From positions 20,276,001 through 20,336,000 of the forward strand of contig CM075987.1 of assembly GCA_038087875.1 (NCBI GenBank): 60,000 bases of DNA. Reading direction: 5' to 3'. The position numbers and the translations under genes are program-made. Under the pieces are notes generated by a model. It did not search any database, was not told the DNA's origin, and was given only the letters and a program-made list of their open reading frames with translations. The first letter of the stretch is position 1. Every line of letters begins with the position of its first letter. Shown in pieces: positions 40,702 to 55,979 of the stretch. The stretch is from Malacoraja senta (Eukaryota).

Positions 40702-40748
40702 GTCACTATAGGTATGCAACTATTGTCAGGAGATCCATGCTTCAAAAC
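40702..40748 (+). CDS. FAM102A: FAM102A coding exon
   Basis: ttttgcag|GTCACT...AAAAC|gtgagt; VTIGMQLLSGDPCFK(T). Confidence 0.95.
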
Positions 40749-41032
40749 GTGAGTGTTTTAATGCCCACCTTAGTTCATGAATTCTGCACAGATGTGGCTG
40801 GGTTCATACAACAAAAGAAAGCAGGTTTTCCAAATATTATAGTTTAAGAACAATTAATTCACTGCCATATCTCAAATGTCTATTTGACGATCTAATGTTC
40901 TATAGAGACATTTATTGGTGCAGGGTTACCAGCAGAGTAACAGTCCACGGAGACCTAGGTCTATGCCTCATTCTTCTTGTTTGCAATAACTATGAATCAG
41001 CAGTTGATGGGAGAGCAGTAGAAGTCTATTTG

Positions 41033-41126
41033 TAGGTAGACACAAAATGCTGGAGTAACTCGGCGGGACAGGCAGCAACTCTGGAGAGAAGGAATGGGTG
41101 ACGTTTCGGGTTGAGACCCTTCTTCA
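41033..41126 (-). mobile_element. Penelope-type repeat
   Basis: family sequence; TCTATTTG on both flanks. Confidence 0.75.
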
Positions 41127-41984
41127 ATCTTGCCCTATCTATTTGCACTTTGGCTGTCCTCGCACCCACAAATCCAGGTGCTAGATGTTATGAGAGACAA
41201 AGATTGAAAATGAAAATCTAGGTCATCTGTCCTCCAATATACAAAATGAAACAGTTACTAATAATATAATTAAATAATGTTATGTCTTTGTAAAGAAATG
41301 AGCTTTCCAAACATTGGAAACTGAAATAAAAAGCACACATTGAAAACTGGTTTAATTTGAGTGTTTGATCACTTGCCTCCAAATAGAAACCTTTCAACAA
41401 AATGGCCAAAATAGGATTCTCTGTTGGCATTATCTGCAATTTGTGATGCAATTGTTTGAAGAGTAGAGAGTTGGAAGCAAGAGTTGGTAAAAATGTATAC
41501 AAGCAAACTGGTGAATCGAGCATCTAATTTGTGCTAATTTTAGTGGGGTTGTGAATTCTATAGTCTCTAGAAAGCCTCGGTTGTCTGTCTCTGTAAGATT
41601 GGGATGTTCTCAAATAGACTACTTTTTCAGGGATTCCTGTAGATCAATGATGGTAATAATGCATTCTTTTGGGGATTGCCATATGTGACCGGAAAGAAAT
41701 CAGTGAATCTTTCAAAATGGATGTGTGTTGCACTGTGTTAGATGGTGCTAATTGGTTTTAAACTCTCCTGCCGTGGGAATTTACTTTTATCGATTTAGTT
41801 GCATTCCAAAAATAAATATTGAGTGTAGTGGAGCTGCACATCGCTCTCTATATACTAAGTGTAGACTTCTGATATTTAAAGAAACTTATAGAAACAATAT
41901 TTTTTTAAAATTAATAGTCACTAATCTAAATATTTCTCTCTGATAAATTTTAATGAAACAATTGTGCAATTATGATGGATATGA

Positions 41985-42947
41985 GCAGCACAGTGGTGCA
42001 GCTGGTAGAGCTGCTGCCTCATAGCGCGGGAAACGTGGGCTCAATCCTAACCTTAGGTGCTGTCTGTGTGGAGTTTGTACATTCTTCTTGTGACCATAAA
42101 ACAATACAATAATACTTTATTAACCAGGTATGTTTTGCAACATACGAGGAATTTCATTTGCCAAGTCAGACATACAAATAAAAAGCAACAAGGCACACAA
42201 AATACATTTTAACATAAACATCCACCACAGTGACTCCTCCACATTCCTCACTGTGATGGAAGGCGAAAAAAAAGTTCAATCTCTTCCCTTCTTTGTCCTC
42301 CCTCTGTCGGGGGCCTTAAGCCTTCCGTTGACGGGACGATCTTACTCCCGTAGCCGGCGACGTTCGGGCCCTCCTCGCTCGGGCGATCACTCCTGCATCG
42401 GGGGGGGGGGGTTAATCTCAGTACCCCCGCGCCAAGCGATCTGACCCTGGGTCGGGGCTGGTCGAACCTTCTGTGTCATTGGAGCTCCTGACATCCATGG
42501 TCTCTCCCGAGACTGCGAGCTCTTGATGGTAAAGTTTGCAGGCCGCATTGGAGCGATCCCAGGAAAGTAATTGCATCTCTGGCAGGGTAAGAGATTGAAA
42601 ACCGATCCCCCTCCCCCACATAAGACAAAACAGAGAACATTAAAACAAACTTTCAAAACAGACCAAAAAGTAACAAAAAAAAAGACAAAAAAAACCGGCA
42701 GACTGTTGGCGAGGCTGCCAATCCCTGGATTAGTGTTTCCAATAATAAGTGTTTCTTCTGGGTACTGTGTCCTCCCACATCCCAAAAACATACAGGTGTG
42801 TAGGTTGTTTGGCCTCTGTAAATTGCCCGTAGGGTGTTGGGAGTGGATGCGAAAGTGGATAACAGAACTAGTGTGAATAGGTGATCGATGATCGGTGTGG
42901 ACTTGGTGGGCCGTAGGGCCTGTTTCCATGCCGTAACTCTAAACTAA
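41985..42947 (+). mobile_element. HE1 SINE split by a minus-strand non-autonomous retroposon (~42098-42720)
   Basis: tRNA head at 41985-42097; V-domain and tail resume at ~42735. Confidence 0.78.
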
Positions 42948-45129
42948 AAAACATAAACTAGTGAAAGTTTGTTTGTAGGCAATGTGAGGGAGAATGGACG
43001 TCAGAAGATTTCATGACAGTAGTAGCATTAAATCATTATTCCTTGCAAAATAACCTGTTCAAGGAAGTTCCTGTCAAACTAACTTTATTGATGATTGCAA
43101 TCATTTTTTAAAACTGGATCCACTCTGACAGTGAAAAGATGTAAGAGGTTTCCATCTAAAGGTGATGGAATGAAAAAGTGATCAATTGGTGAGTGGAAAC
43201 ATTTCATGCTCGGGTTTTTGTCAACAGATTACGTAAAGAATCAAGTGATCTGTTAATGCAGCTATTGTGATGGATGAATTCCTGACCCTACTCTTGTTCT
43301 AAGTGCATTCAATATATTGAACAATAGCTGAATGACAGCCAAACCACGGGTCGGGTGACATTTTTCAGATGCATATACGCCAATTGTCCAGATAATGAAC
43401 TGCACACTAAAAATACACTTGAGTAAGTGTCTTGTTGACGTGACAACCGGGAAAAGTGATAAAGTGAGATAAACATGGAATAAATATGCGGTACTACACA
43501 TAACATATACTGGTTGAACACAGCAACCCCCTGCTTATCAAAATTATAATCATTGTTAAATTTCACATTATTTCGCAAAAATCTTATTGGGGAATGGAAA
43601 TTGTAAAATAGTTCATTGAGTCAATGACTAGAATTGTCTTAAATATTGTTCTAAATCACCATTTAATATCAATTAACATTTGATATTAAAGGCACGTAGA
43701 TTACTTCTGAAGATCCTACTAAAAAGTACATGTTGAAATCCTCAAATTAAATTCTGAGAGTACATTGTTAAATAACCGTAATCCCATAAAGGATATTTTC
43801 CTTCCTTCCTGGACATTATTTGGTTCAAGGTTTGAGATGGGGAATATTTCAATCTCTCCCTGCCCATTCCACTCCTCCTTTGTTCATGAAGGGATGGGGA
43901 AAACGCTATTGATGGAACAGCGTTTTTCTCATGCTGCCACCTCCAATTTTCTCTTTTCTCTCCTGTAGGGAATTTTTGTTATATTTTGAACTCGTGCTTT
44001 GCTGGGGGGTTTTCTACATGCATGAAATTTAATTGGATGGTGAAGTAATGAGAGAGGATATCTAATCTTCATCATGCAGTGAGCCAAAAGCCAATAAATA
44101 TTATCTCCAAATCCAGAAGGTCAAGGTTATTTCTCTCTTTTCATTTTGGTGTACTAAATCATGCTCCCTCCAAATCATGCTGGAAATGCCCAGGATCCAC
44201 AGGGTTGAGATAGACACAAAATGCTGGAGTAACTCAGCGGGTCAGGCAGCATCTCTGGAGAAAATGGATAAGTGACCATAGGGTTAAATTTGAATTTGAG
44301 GATTCAAATGAAAATGAGTGTTGTCATCTCATTTAAAATTCATAAAATTCTGATCTTTCTGATCAGCAGTCAAAACTGAAACAATTGCCCTTTATGATAG
44401 TAACAACCGTAGCAACAGGCACGAGTTTTGTAGCACTGGATATAGTACAAACATTTGCCAAGACTCTTAAATAAAAATATAAAGGTTTATTGAGAGGATC
44501 ACTATTTTGTTTTTTAATTTTCAGTTTTGTTCACATTAAATTGATTGTTCAGCTTTATTAAAAAATCAAAATTTGTTAACTTTTAGGGTTACTTTACAAC
44601 CACAGAAAATATGTTTTTTTTTAAAAAGAACAGTTTTTGAGAGCTCCAATTTATCCCAAAAGATGTTTCAAAATAGATTCCAAAAATACTTCTGAAAAGT
44701 TCAAAATATCAACTACAGCAGGATGGGAAAACTAATTTTCAGCATTGTGTAAAATCTTGCTTCTGTTCTTGTGATTGCTCCCTTCAAACTGCACAGTTTT
44801 ATACATGAACACCATGTTTGGGGTTCCTAATGATTAGCAGTGAAAGATACAATTTGGTATGTTACTATGTCCAAAAGTATATAAAAGCCGTGTCTTTGAT
44901 AAAATGTGTGGAATAATTGGATGAGATCAAGACTATTGTTGGCCTGTGTTGAGCCAGCATAAAGAATGATTTTATGAACAAGTATTGGGAAGGTTGCCCA
45001 TCTCCAACAAACCTTATACCCAAATAATAATCCACAAGGCAAAGAAGGATGGGTGAAAGAGAAATGCTGCAAGTTGTTGCAGAGAATTTAATCTTGTATT
45101 TCCTCATAGTTTGACATACTATTTAGGTA

Positions 45130-45353
45130 TAGGTAGACAAATGTGCTGGAGAAACTCAGCAGATGAGGCAGCATTTATGGAGCGAAGGAAATAGGCAACG
45201 TTTCGGGCCAAAACCCTTCTTCAGTCTGAAGAAGGGTTTCGGCCCGAAACGTTGACTATTTCCTTCGCTCCATAGATGCTGCCTCACCCGCTGAGTTTCT
45301 CCAGCACTTTTGTCTACCTTCGATTTTCCAGCATCTGCAGTTCCTTCTTAAAC
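45130..45353. mobile_element. Penelope-type repeat, head-to-head palindromic insertion
   Basis: ~95-bp arms centred at CTTCAG|TCTGAAG; TSD ATTTAGGTATAGGT at 45121-45134 and 45354-45367. Confidence 0.85.
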
Positions 45354-46949
45354 ATTTAGGTATAGGTCTCTGACTTACAAGCCTTGCATGTCCCCATTAG
45401 GTGTTACTTGCTGTCCTTTTTCTCTCATTCTAAACTTTTCATGTTAATAACATATTTTAACATTTATCTTAATATCTTCAAGAATTTGTTTACTTCAATG
45501 CATATTTTGTGGGAAGAAATGGTGTTCTCACACAGCTGATTTAAATCATCAGAGATTATGCTCAGTTCCTTGAAATGGGACTTGGATCCTCAGGCTTCTA
45601 ACTTTAAGCCTGAGGATAGTGTAATCGTAGTGGTTGCAGCAGATAGTGTAATCGTAGTGGTTGGAGCACACAGCTGTGGCAGAAAGCTGTGAGTTCACAA
45701 ACACCCGTTTGTCCAAGCCAACCTTTTCAACAGCCCTTGCTGTTTTTTATCTGCACAGCATTTTACAAAACATTGATTTGTCATGTAATTAGTTAATTCA
45801 ACAGAGGATTCCAATCTGATGTTGGGGATAATTTACTGTAGTTTCCAAGGCAATTAAAGAGGAATCTTCACCAGTTGGATCTCTCCATTTTGTTTCACTG
45901 TTGTCGAGTTTGACTCTGCATATGTTTTCTCATTCGCTCTGTGCTGCCCTCTGGTGATGCTGTCCTGTGTATTGTGTTCCACAACAACCACATTACCCAA
46001 GAGAGCACAAAGTGCTGGAGTAATTTAGCGAGTCAGGCAGCATCTCTGGAGAACATGGAAAAGTGACATTTTGTGTTGGGATCCTGCTTCAGATCTCACA
46101 ATCCCGTTACTCAAGTAGTATGATCACTGCAAATGAAGAAGGTTGTTGGGATCATTGATGCAGGGGGGAGAAAACTTAGTATGGCTTCCAAACGCCAATG
46201 AGAGTTTAATAAAAGTGTTTTTATTCATTCCTGTTTTTGCTCTGGAATGTCAGAGGTTGAGGGGAGACCTGATAAAAGTATATAAAATTCATGTTCATAA
46301 GTGTTAGGAGCAGAATTAGGCCATTTGACCCATCAAGTGGACTCCGCCATAGTCAGGATGAAACTGGGGTCTCTGGTGCACTAAGGCAGCAACTCTGTCA
46401 CTGTGATGCCCTGTTCTATGTCCAATGTCTATGTCTAACTGTTTAGATAGTTTCTCTTTATTTATTCTAATTCCTTTATCTGAAGGGACATTAAGAAGGG
46501 ATTTGATTAAATGGGACCTTTGCCTACATCTGCCCCTCTGATACCAAATTAATCCACACTCATTGGGCTCAGACTGTACGGCAGAATTTACTACTTCTGA
46601 TCAAGTGGAATCTGTCAGGAAGTTCACAACTTCCAGGTTTGGAAGTAGACCTCATATTTACTGCCAATTTGTTTAAATCTCAGCAGTTTGCCATAGAACT
46701 GCTGGTGTTTCCTGGGTAAATACGGACTATTTGGCAAAAGATCCAGAGATGGTGTGAAATAAGCTTTTTTTACGACATAAAAAGGGCCCTGAATACATTC
46801 CCTGATATACTCGATAAAATTGGATACATTCACAAAGGAAAAAAGATTGCAGAGAGGTGGAACTAGCCTGGATTGCACTTTAGAATCAAAACAGAAAGTG
46901 CTGGAAATACTCTGCAGTTCAGGCTGCCGCACATGTGGAAAGAAAAACG

Positions 46950-47633
46950 AGTAAGTAAGTAAGTTTATTGGCCAAGTATTCACATACAAGGAATTTGCCT
47001 TGTTGCTCCGCCCACAAGTAACAACATGGCATACAGTGACAGTTACGAATGACTCAGAAAACACTAAACATTAATAATAATAAAACATTAATGATAAAAC
47101 ACCATTGATCATGTGAACCAACAAAATACCAGATCAAAGGGGGGCTACAGATTTTTGGCTGTTGAGTAGAGCAACTACTCGTGGATAAAAACTGTTTTTA
47201 TGTCTGGCTGTGGCAGCTTTGACAATCCGGAGTCGCCTTCCAGAGGGAAGTGATTCAAAGAGTTTGTGGCCAGGGTGAGAGGGGTCAGAGATGATCTTGC
47301 TCGCTCGCTTCCTGGCCCTTGCAGTGTACAGTTCATCAATGGAGGGAAGGTTGCATCCAATAACCTTCTCTGCTGATCGGACGATTCGCTGCAGCCTCCA
47401 GATGTCGTGCTTGGCGGCTGAGCCAAACCAGACCATGATGGAGAAGGTGAGAACAGACTCTACGATGGCCGTGTAGAATTGGACCATCATTGCCTGTGGC
47501 AGATTGTGCTTCCTCAGCTGCCGTAGGAAGTACATCCTCTGTTGTGCCTTTATGACTGTGGAGTCGATGGTCGTCCCCCACTTAAGGTCCTTGGAGATGA
47601 TGGTTCCCAGGAACTTAAAAGACTCCACAGATG
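46950..47633 (-). mobile_element. Rex1/Babar LINE 3' fragment
   Basis: ORF with VESFKFLGTIIS..LKW, KAQQRMYFLRQL, LPSGRRLR; ACTT-repeat tail; homologous to 7990-8445. Confidence 0.88.
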
Positions 47634-48213
47634 GGGTCCAAGACATGTTATTAGAACTGGAAAGGGAAAACAAGTTGACTATCCGTGACAGGCAAACTTG
47701 GTGGAGGGATGTGTAGAACAGAAGGAATATTACTGATAGCATAAGCCCAAACAAATTAATGCAGCAGAGTAGTGGGTAGGATTAGATTTTCTTTGTATTT
47801 CTAATTGCAAGGTTGTGCGACATACTCGGGCAGCCAGGCTATACAAAGAGCAAAATAAAAACGGAGTCAAAATGATGATGGACAGTAATGGTCAGTTCTG
47901 AAACAGGAAGAAAAAGGGCAAATTATCTAAAGAGAGAATTAAATATTGAGTTGCAATGTTGCAGTGTGCCGCTATGAAAATTAAGGTTCTCTTCCAAAAA
48001 TTGAGATCTTGAACTAATAAGATTGTCTATTGATTGCCTTGGAAGTAATTACACTGATGCTGGAAGTACAGAATGTTTAAGGGTGGTTAATCACACGCTA
48101 ATCAATAGCAGCTTTACTGTGGATGATGTCAAAGCTGTTGAGCATTGTTGCATTTATTTTAAGGTGAAATGTCTAAACATTGCTAAAAAAAAATCTTCTG
48201 TTGCATTTTGCAG

Positions 48214-48365
48214 GCCCGCATGTACTGCCAAGTCCATCTCGATTCCAGGCCAAGATAGCTCCTTGCAGCTGGACTGTAAAGGAGATGGGACCACGGGCAA
48301 TAATGTTGCCTCTGGGGGCTTGAATTCAGTAAGGCAGCCAAAACCTCGGCCTCCACTCAACTCAG
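48214..48365 (+). CDS. FAM102A: FAM102A coding exon
   Basis: ttttgcag|GCCC...TCAG|gtaaaa; PACTAKSISIPGQDSSLQLDCKGDG...RPPLNS; the KSISIPGQDSSLQL motif favours FAM102A over FAM102B. Confidence 0.93.
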
Positions 48366-50121
48366 GTAAAAGAAACTCCAATTGTATGAAAGCCAAACTT
48401 AAATGTATGTAGAGCCCATTCAGTACAACTTTCTTGCAGTGAAGAACTGCTGAGTAGATGGCTATAAATGGTATTTGTTACAATATGAGGGTAGTCTTAA
48501 CAAAATAATGATACTAATTGAAAATATTAACAATGATCTTGTAGAACAAACCCGTTTGATTAATCAGGGCAAACATCATTGTTATTACTCTGTCCTGTTT
48601 GCCTGTAGGTTACAGTGAAATGTTAGCATTTGCACTATCCAGCTTTAATTTAGTCTGACATTTGAGATTGTTGTAACACTAAATGGTCAGAACTGGGAGT
48701 TTGTATAAAGCATTGGACATTAATCTAAAGGCTTGACATTTTTCTGAGCTGGTATATTTTAATTTCCCTTGATTTTACGACCGGTTGTTTTACAGACTGA
48801 GTGCTGTTCCCTTTTACTGTTGTTGACTGAGATAACCTCATTCATTTCACTCTGCCTCCGTAAACCGAGTGCTGATGTAAGATTTCACATAGACTCTAAA
48901 CAATGTGCTAATATCTTTATGGAAACTTATTGTTCTTAAAGGTTTCCCAATATATTGATGTTATGATCCAAAATTCACTATCTGAGTGGGTTGATGGAAC
49001 CTGATTCCACAAATCATTAATAATTGGTGGATTTATATTTCAACTATTTGACAAAGAACTCTTAAATATTATGAGGGAATTTAGATTTCTTGTTAAAGTA
49101 AGACTCAGACGAGTTGTAATTTGTTGCTAGATCTGCTGAATATGTTGATCAGCAAGTTTTACATTTTAGTAGTTCACTAACCTTTGTATGAGAGTTCTTT
49201 GCTCACTTAGCAGTGGTCCCATTTCCCCGTGAATGAAGTTTTTTTTTTAATGCAGATGCTAGAAATCTGGAATAAAAGCAAAAACTGCTAGAAACACTCA
49301 GCAGGTCAGGCAGCATAGAACTGAAACTCTGAAATGTTCTGACAAAGGATCTTGGACCTTAAACTTTAACTCTCTCTCTCTCTTTCCACAGATGTTGCCT
49401 GATTTGAGTTTTTCTAGCATTTTCTGCATTTAGTACCACTTCCCCGCTCTTTCCCTGTAGCCAAGAAATGTTATGCATTTTTCAGTTATTTAAACCATTC
49501 CTTTTGAAACTTACTATGGAATTTAGTTTCACCAACCCTTTCAGGCAAATAATTTTAGATTAAAAGAACTCAATGCATAAAGACACCTCCCCTCAACTCT
49601 GAAATAGAAGCAAAAATTCTGCAAATGTTCAGGATGTGAGGAACAACCTACGAAAGGAGAAACAGAAGTAATGTTTGCAGATGAAGGTTCTCTTTCCACA
49701 GGCGATGCCTGACCTGCAGTGTTTCCAATATTTTCTACTTTTTTTTCCAGATTTCCAGCATCTTTTTATCCAATACCTGAAATACAGTGCCAGATTTGAT
49801 AGAATGTATATCTTTCCCCAATACCTTGTTAAAAGTGCACAAACTGAGATTTTGAACACCAAGATTATATAATGTGTATTGTAGCATTTGATTTATTGTA
49901 TGCATTGAATATTTAAGTAGCGGATGATTGTGACGTTTATCAACTCCAGTAAAGCAGTTTATGCTTCATTCCTTTCTGCTAGTCTATATGGACGCTTCTA
50001 CCCAGCTCAGTATATCCTCAACAGTAAGCCAAGCAAAGAAATACTTGTTTTTTTTCTCTTAATTCTTCATTCTTTTGGTTCCATTATATTACCTTTTGCC
50101 TTTGCCTTGAATTTTATTTAA

Positions 50122-50265
<144 letters not shown>

Positions 50266-52109
50266 TAGTTTCCTCTATGTTCAGTCTCTGTCTTCTATTG
50301 TGCCACTCCCTGTGGGTTGTGCAGTTCCGCTTGAAGAACATTTTCAAAGGAATTGAATCTATGATTGCTGAGTAGCTCAATGCAGACCTGATGACAGTGG
50401 TATGGGGTTCAATTTCTTTTGAATATTTTTTCCTTAACTGGCCTCGCAGTTCAGTGCATAGGAATGTTAAAAGATATATTCATAAAGGTTAAAAAAAAAT
50501 GGTGTGCTGCTGGGCAGTGCAATCAATGTAGAAAGATGACTAATGTGTATAAAGTCATGATTTTGATTTGAGCAAATAAATAGGCCAGTTTTCAAAAGCT
50601 TAAAAGTATGTGACTAAGAATGGAACAAACACTCAGTTTTGTCTTGGGATTTGGAGGGATTCCTCATCCTTGCCTCCTCCAAATGTATTATCCTTACAGA
50701 GGTATTATTCAATATGAGATTTGTTTTTTTAATCAATATTGCATAAGGAATGAACCATAGGGGGGAAGAAAATAATTATTTGACGTTCGTACAATACGTT
50801 GGTGCTCCCATATTTAATATATCAGAAATTTCAATAGATTCAGATTCCAAAAGTGAATTGTATCCTTTATCCACCAACGACACCTGCAATATAGGCCTTC
50901 ATGGTAGTGGGGCTAATACTGATTCATAAAATTATTACTATTCTGAAAATAATGCATTTTGTTCATTGTGCAGCTAAAACAATTAATTTAATTAAGTCAG
51001 TGAGTTCAAATTATAAAGGATGACCAGATGAAGACACATATGGTGAAGCAAATAGAAGGAATTTGCTGCAGTAAGTTCTTCAAAGGTTTTACTGCAGACC
51101 TTCATTATTAATCTTTAAAATAATGCTGACTTATTTTGCGGATGGGTATACTAGAGTTACTGATTGCTCTTTTTTTTTCTTTTAATTTATTTTTATGGTA
51201 TAACCTTTCCATGTCCTATGTAGATCCTGACTCATCATCTTTTGTGTTATTGCATCAGGTTTGTTTTAAAGAAACAATTTCCATTCCCATGAGCAGTTGC
51301 TTGGTGTCTATTTGAGATCTGTGTTAGTTAATACCAGATTAGAGTTTTAAACTATATATATGCTTGGATAATGAGCTCAATCTGCCCATTCCCTATCATG
51401 TTGGAGCATTAAAGTCAGCAGAAGGGTGAAACTGTTATGATCTGGGTGAGATTCAATCTTGAGGTGCAGTAGTGAAAGAGCATTATGTTATACTATTCTG
51501 CCGTCTAATTCACTCTGTTATTTCCTATTTGCCTAAACAACGTTTGCTATTAAATTGGTGAATGATTTTGTCCTCAAATGACACCTTTTTTAAAGTTGAG
51601 CAATAATTTCAGATTTCAAACTGGGCAGATGGATGAAATGGACACTGTTAACCATTTCATGGCAAATCTCAAACAAGAACAATGTCGTAGTTTACAGCAC
51701 TAAAACTCTCTTGGGTTTAGCTCATGAGGCGTTATCCATCCTTATCACACAAATCTACACACACAGGAATGCAGAGTAATCAGAGTAGTCCATCGTGCCC
51801 TTCAGGATCAAAATCTGCTGCATTTCAAATTTTATTATCACTGTTGCTGTCAGAACTAGATGCAGAAATGAAATTCCATCTTTAGTAATGACCTTGTACT
51901 GCAATGAAAACTGATGGTTCGGCATTAACGTTTCCCTGCCAGTGAAATAGATGTAATCTAGAACAGGTCATCTGTACATAACCGGTGGAGTCGATAGATT
52001 TGGCCAGCCAAGTCTAGGGATCTGGGCATTGCATCATGAATTTCTAATAAGGCTGGCAGTTATTCCTCTCTCAACTCCTCGCAGGAGAAAAACATATTTA
52101 TTTTTAATC

Positions 52110-52475
52110 AACTCTGTAGGAATTATAAAGAGCGAGGTTGGACTGACTTGGATTGTTTTCTCTGGAATGCCAGAGGTTGAGGGAAGACCTGATAGAAGTA
52201 TATCAAATTATGAGACATAAATAGGGTGGACAGTCTGAACCTTCCCAGGGTGGAATTGTAAGATTAGAGGGCAAAACTTAAAGGAGATATACGGGGCAGC
52301 TTTTTTACACAGAGGGAGGTGGATACCTGGAACGTGCTGCCAAGGATAGTGGTGTAGGCATAGTGGTATTGTGTGCAGGCAAATAAGATTAGTGTATCTT
52401 GGCATCATGTTCTGCATGGATCTTGTGGGTCGAGGGGCTTTTTCTTGTGCTATAGAAAAGTACTTGTCTATGTTC
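52110..52475 (+). mobile_element. CR1 3' fragment
   Basis: similar to the CR1 C-terminus and 3' UTR. Confidence 0.7.
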
Positions 52476-52641
52476 TAATTACAAGGTAGAAGGATTTATA
52501 AGCATTTGCAACCATAATTTCTTCCTCCTGAGATCCTCTTCGCCACAGGAGAAGGCCTTAAGCCATTTCTATTCATTTTGAATGATATCAAGATATACCT
52601 GGGAGCATCAGGTACTGCCTAATAATATAAAACAAATATAG

Positions 52642-53019
<378 letters not shown>

Positions 53020-54196
53020 TGAGACCACGGAACATTATACGTACAGTTTGATTTGAAGAATGTTAATGTTATGATCTGTAATCCATTCTGTCCTTATTAC
53101 ATTTTTCAAACTCCACACTGTACAGTCTTAGATATGTGTTTGTCCCAGATCAGAAAATGTTTGTCTGAAGTCTTATGTTTATGTAAACAATCTCTAAATG
53201 GGTTTTTATACCATTCAATATTTTCTTATCTGCTAATATATTCATATTTTGCAACATTCGGCTATATGGCAATTTCTTCATATTGGATTTTCTAACTGAC
53301 TAAATGTGAGTTTATTGATTCGGTCTTAAGGGCACTCTACTCCACTCAAGTTGTTTCATTAGGATCGCATATTCCTTTGACTAAAGCTGTGCCATTCTAT
53401 TACATTTTTGCTCCCACTTGATGATTCATTTTATTTTAACCAAAAGATGGTTTCAATCTATACCATTTGGATCCTAGATTTGCTCAATTTTGCTTGATGA
53501 TTTGACTCTGGTTGTCCCATCCACTGACCAAGAGCTTCTGCTTCCAGGTGCTATGTTACCTTATATCTAAACCTGTCCTTACAGAGAAGGGAGGCAAGTT
53601 GATTTTTCATTTCAACAAGCTGGGTTCAAATCTAACCCATATTGATCGAATCAAACTTGTCTCTCTCGACAGCAAAAGTCCTCCGTGGAATGAATTTGTG
53701 GAATCTGCACGTCTTATTTTTGATCATCTGTGCCTCAACACAATCTATTACTAATTGATAGCAAATTTGCACCCTTCTCCAAGATACAGTAATTGCTATG
53801 ATATGAGTATGAGCAGAGAAGAAAGTACTTGAATCTTTATCCAAACTATTATATAAGACTTGCAAAAATTGTTTTAAAAATGTAGAAATAAATAGTAAGG
53901 AGGTCATCAGCATTGTTTTTTTTTTCAATCATGGATTTGTAAAACAATGCTTCATAAGTGCATTTACTTACCTTTGACTAACTTTATTTTTGAGTGAGCC
54001 ACTAAATATTTTGCAATCAATGGGAATAAAATAATAATATGAATTCCAATCTGATCTGGGATGGGGAAAAGGCCATAGAAACTCTAACTTCTGTTGTCTT
54101 AATAGCTTACTGAGAAATGCTTGGTTTGGTATTAGGCTAAACTGATCATGAAGGTGTTGGATTTGTTTTTGCACTGAACCAGCTAACCTCTCCTGA

Positions 54197-54410
54197 AGAT
54201 AGACACAAAAAGCTGCAGTAACTCAGCGGGGCAGGCAGCATCACTGGAGAGAAGAAATGGGTGACGTTTCAGGTCGAGACCCTTCTTCAGTCTTGCCCTG
54301 AAATGTCACCCATTCCTTCCCTCCAGAGATGAAACCTGTCCGACTAAGTTACTCCAGCTTTTTGTGTCTATCTTCAATTTAAAACAGCATCTGCAGTTCC
54401 TTCCTACACA
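54197..54410. mobile_element. Penelope-type repeat, inverted pair
   Basis: TSD TAAC(C/T)TCTCCTGA at 54184-54196 and 54411-54423. Confidence 0.8.
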
Positions 54411-54574
54411 TAACTTCTCCTGAGGCAGTTATGTGGATACTGCAATTGGCCTTGTGGCCAACTGCTGCATAGGGAAATCATAGTTTGTGTTCCTGATCAT
54501 ATAGATGCCCCTGGAAAAAAGCACCAGTACACTTGTTGGGCATCCACTGGACTGACTTTCAGTGATTTGCTTAA

Positions 54575-54925
<351 letters not shown>

Positions 54926-55979
54926 TAAATGTCACCACATCTCGCACAAAAAAACACAAAAAAAACTGGAGGAACTTGTAGGGCTGAGGGGTGCATGTGC
55001 ATGTATGCGTGTCTGCAGAATTTCAGCATTTGCAATATCTTGCTGTATCTACCTCATCTAAGTAGCTATTCGTTAGCGGCCATAATAGCAGTCAGACATT
55101 AAAATAATAACCAATTTAGAAACTGCCTCCTTTCTAGAAGGCTCCTTTTTTGTTGCTTACTTTTAGTATGTGAATGATATGACTAAGTTCATTAGAAATG
55201 CAAAGTACTATTTAAATGTCTCTGTTGATCTGCTCGATTTATGCTCAACAGCATGACTAATGCAACTGCGGAGAGCCTGGCACAATAATGGTCATGTGCC
55301 TTGGCTTCTGCTGAGGGTGACCACAATGATGTGTGGTCCTTTGATGAGACGATTGTGGAAATATGCAGATTCAACAGTTGCCAAATTTTATATTCTTTTA
55401 TTCTCAATAAGGCCACGCAAGTAAATCATCTTGAAGAAATTACTGACAGCAGAATTACTCATTATATCCACGAGTTCATTACATCTTAGCTCGTCAGTTA
55501 AATGTCATCCTTGTAGTCTTTTATATTTCCTTTTTAAATATGAATCCAGTCACTTTTAAATGATTGTATAGTTCCAGTCTCGACATGTAACACACCAAAC
55601 ATCAGCAATCTCTAATATTTTAGTGAATCACCAAAAGAACTAAAGGCAAAATGAATAGATTTTATTTAGCAAGATGTTATAATCTAAAATGTGCTACCAA
55701 AAGAATGGATTTGATTCAGTAATAACTTTCATAAGGAATTGGAAAAAGTACTTAGAAGGAGAAAGCATTTTCAACATTAAACGGGAAGGATGAGGGGGTG
55801 GCTGCAACTAATTGTTTAATTGAATATGTAATTAAAAAGTTCAGGTATAATGGTCAAACAGGCATCCTATATTTCAAAAGTTTTATTATTTCATTCAGAG
55901 TGTGTCACGTATATCAATGTGCCAATCAATGGTAACAATCTTACACTGCTTGTCCTTTCCAAATATTTCACAGATTTTG

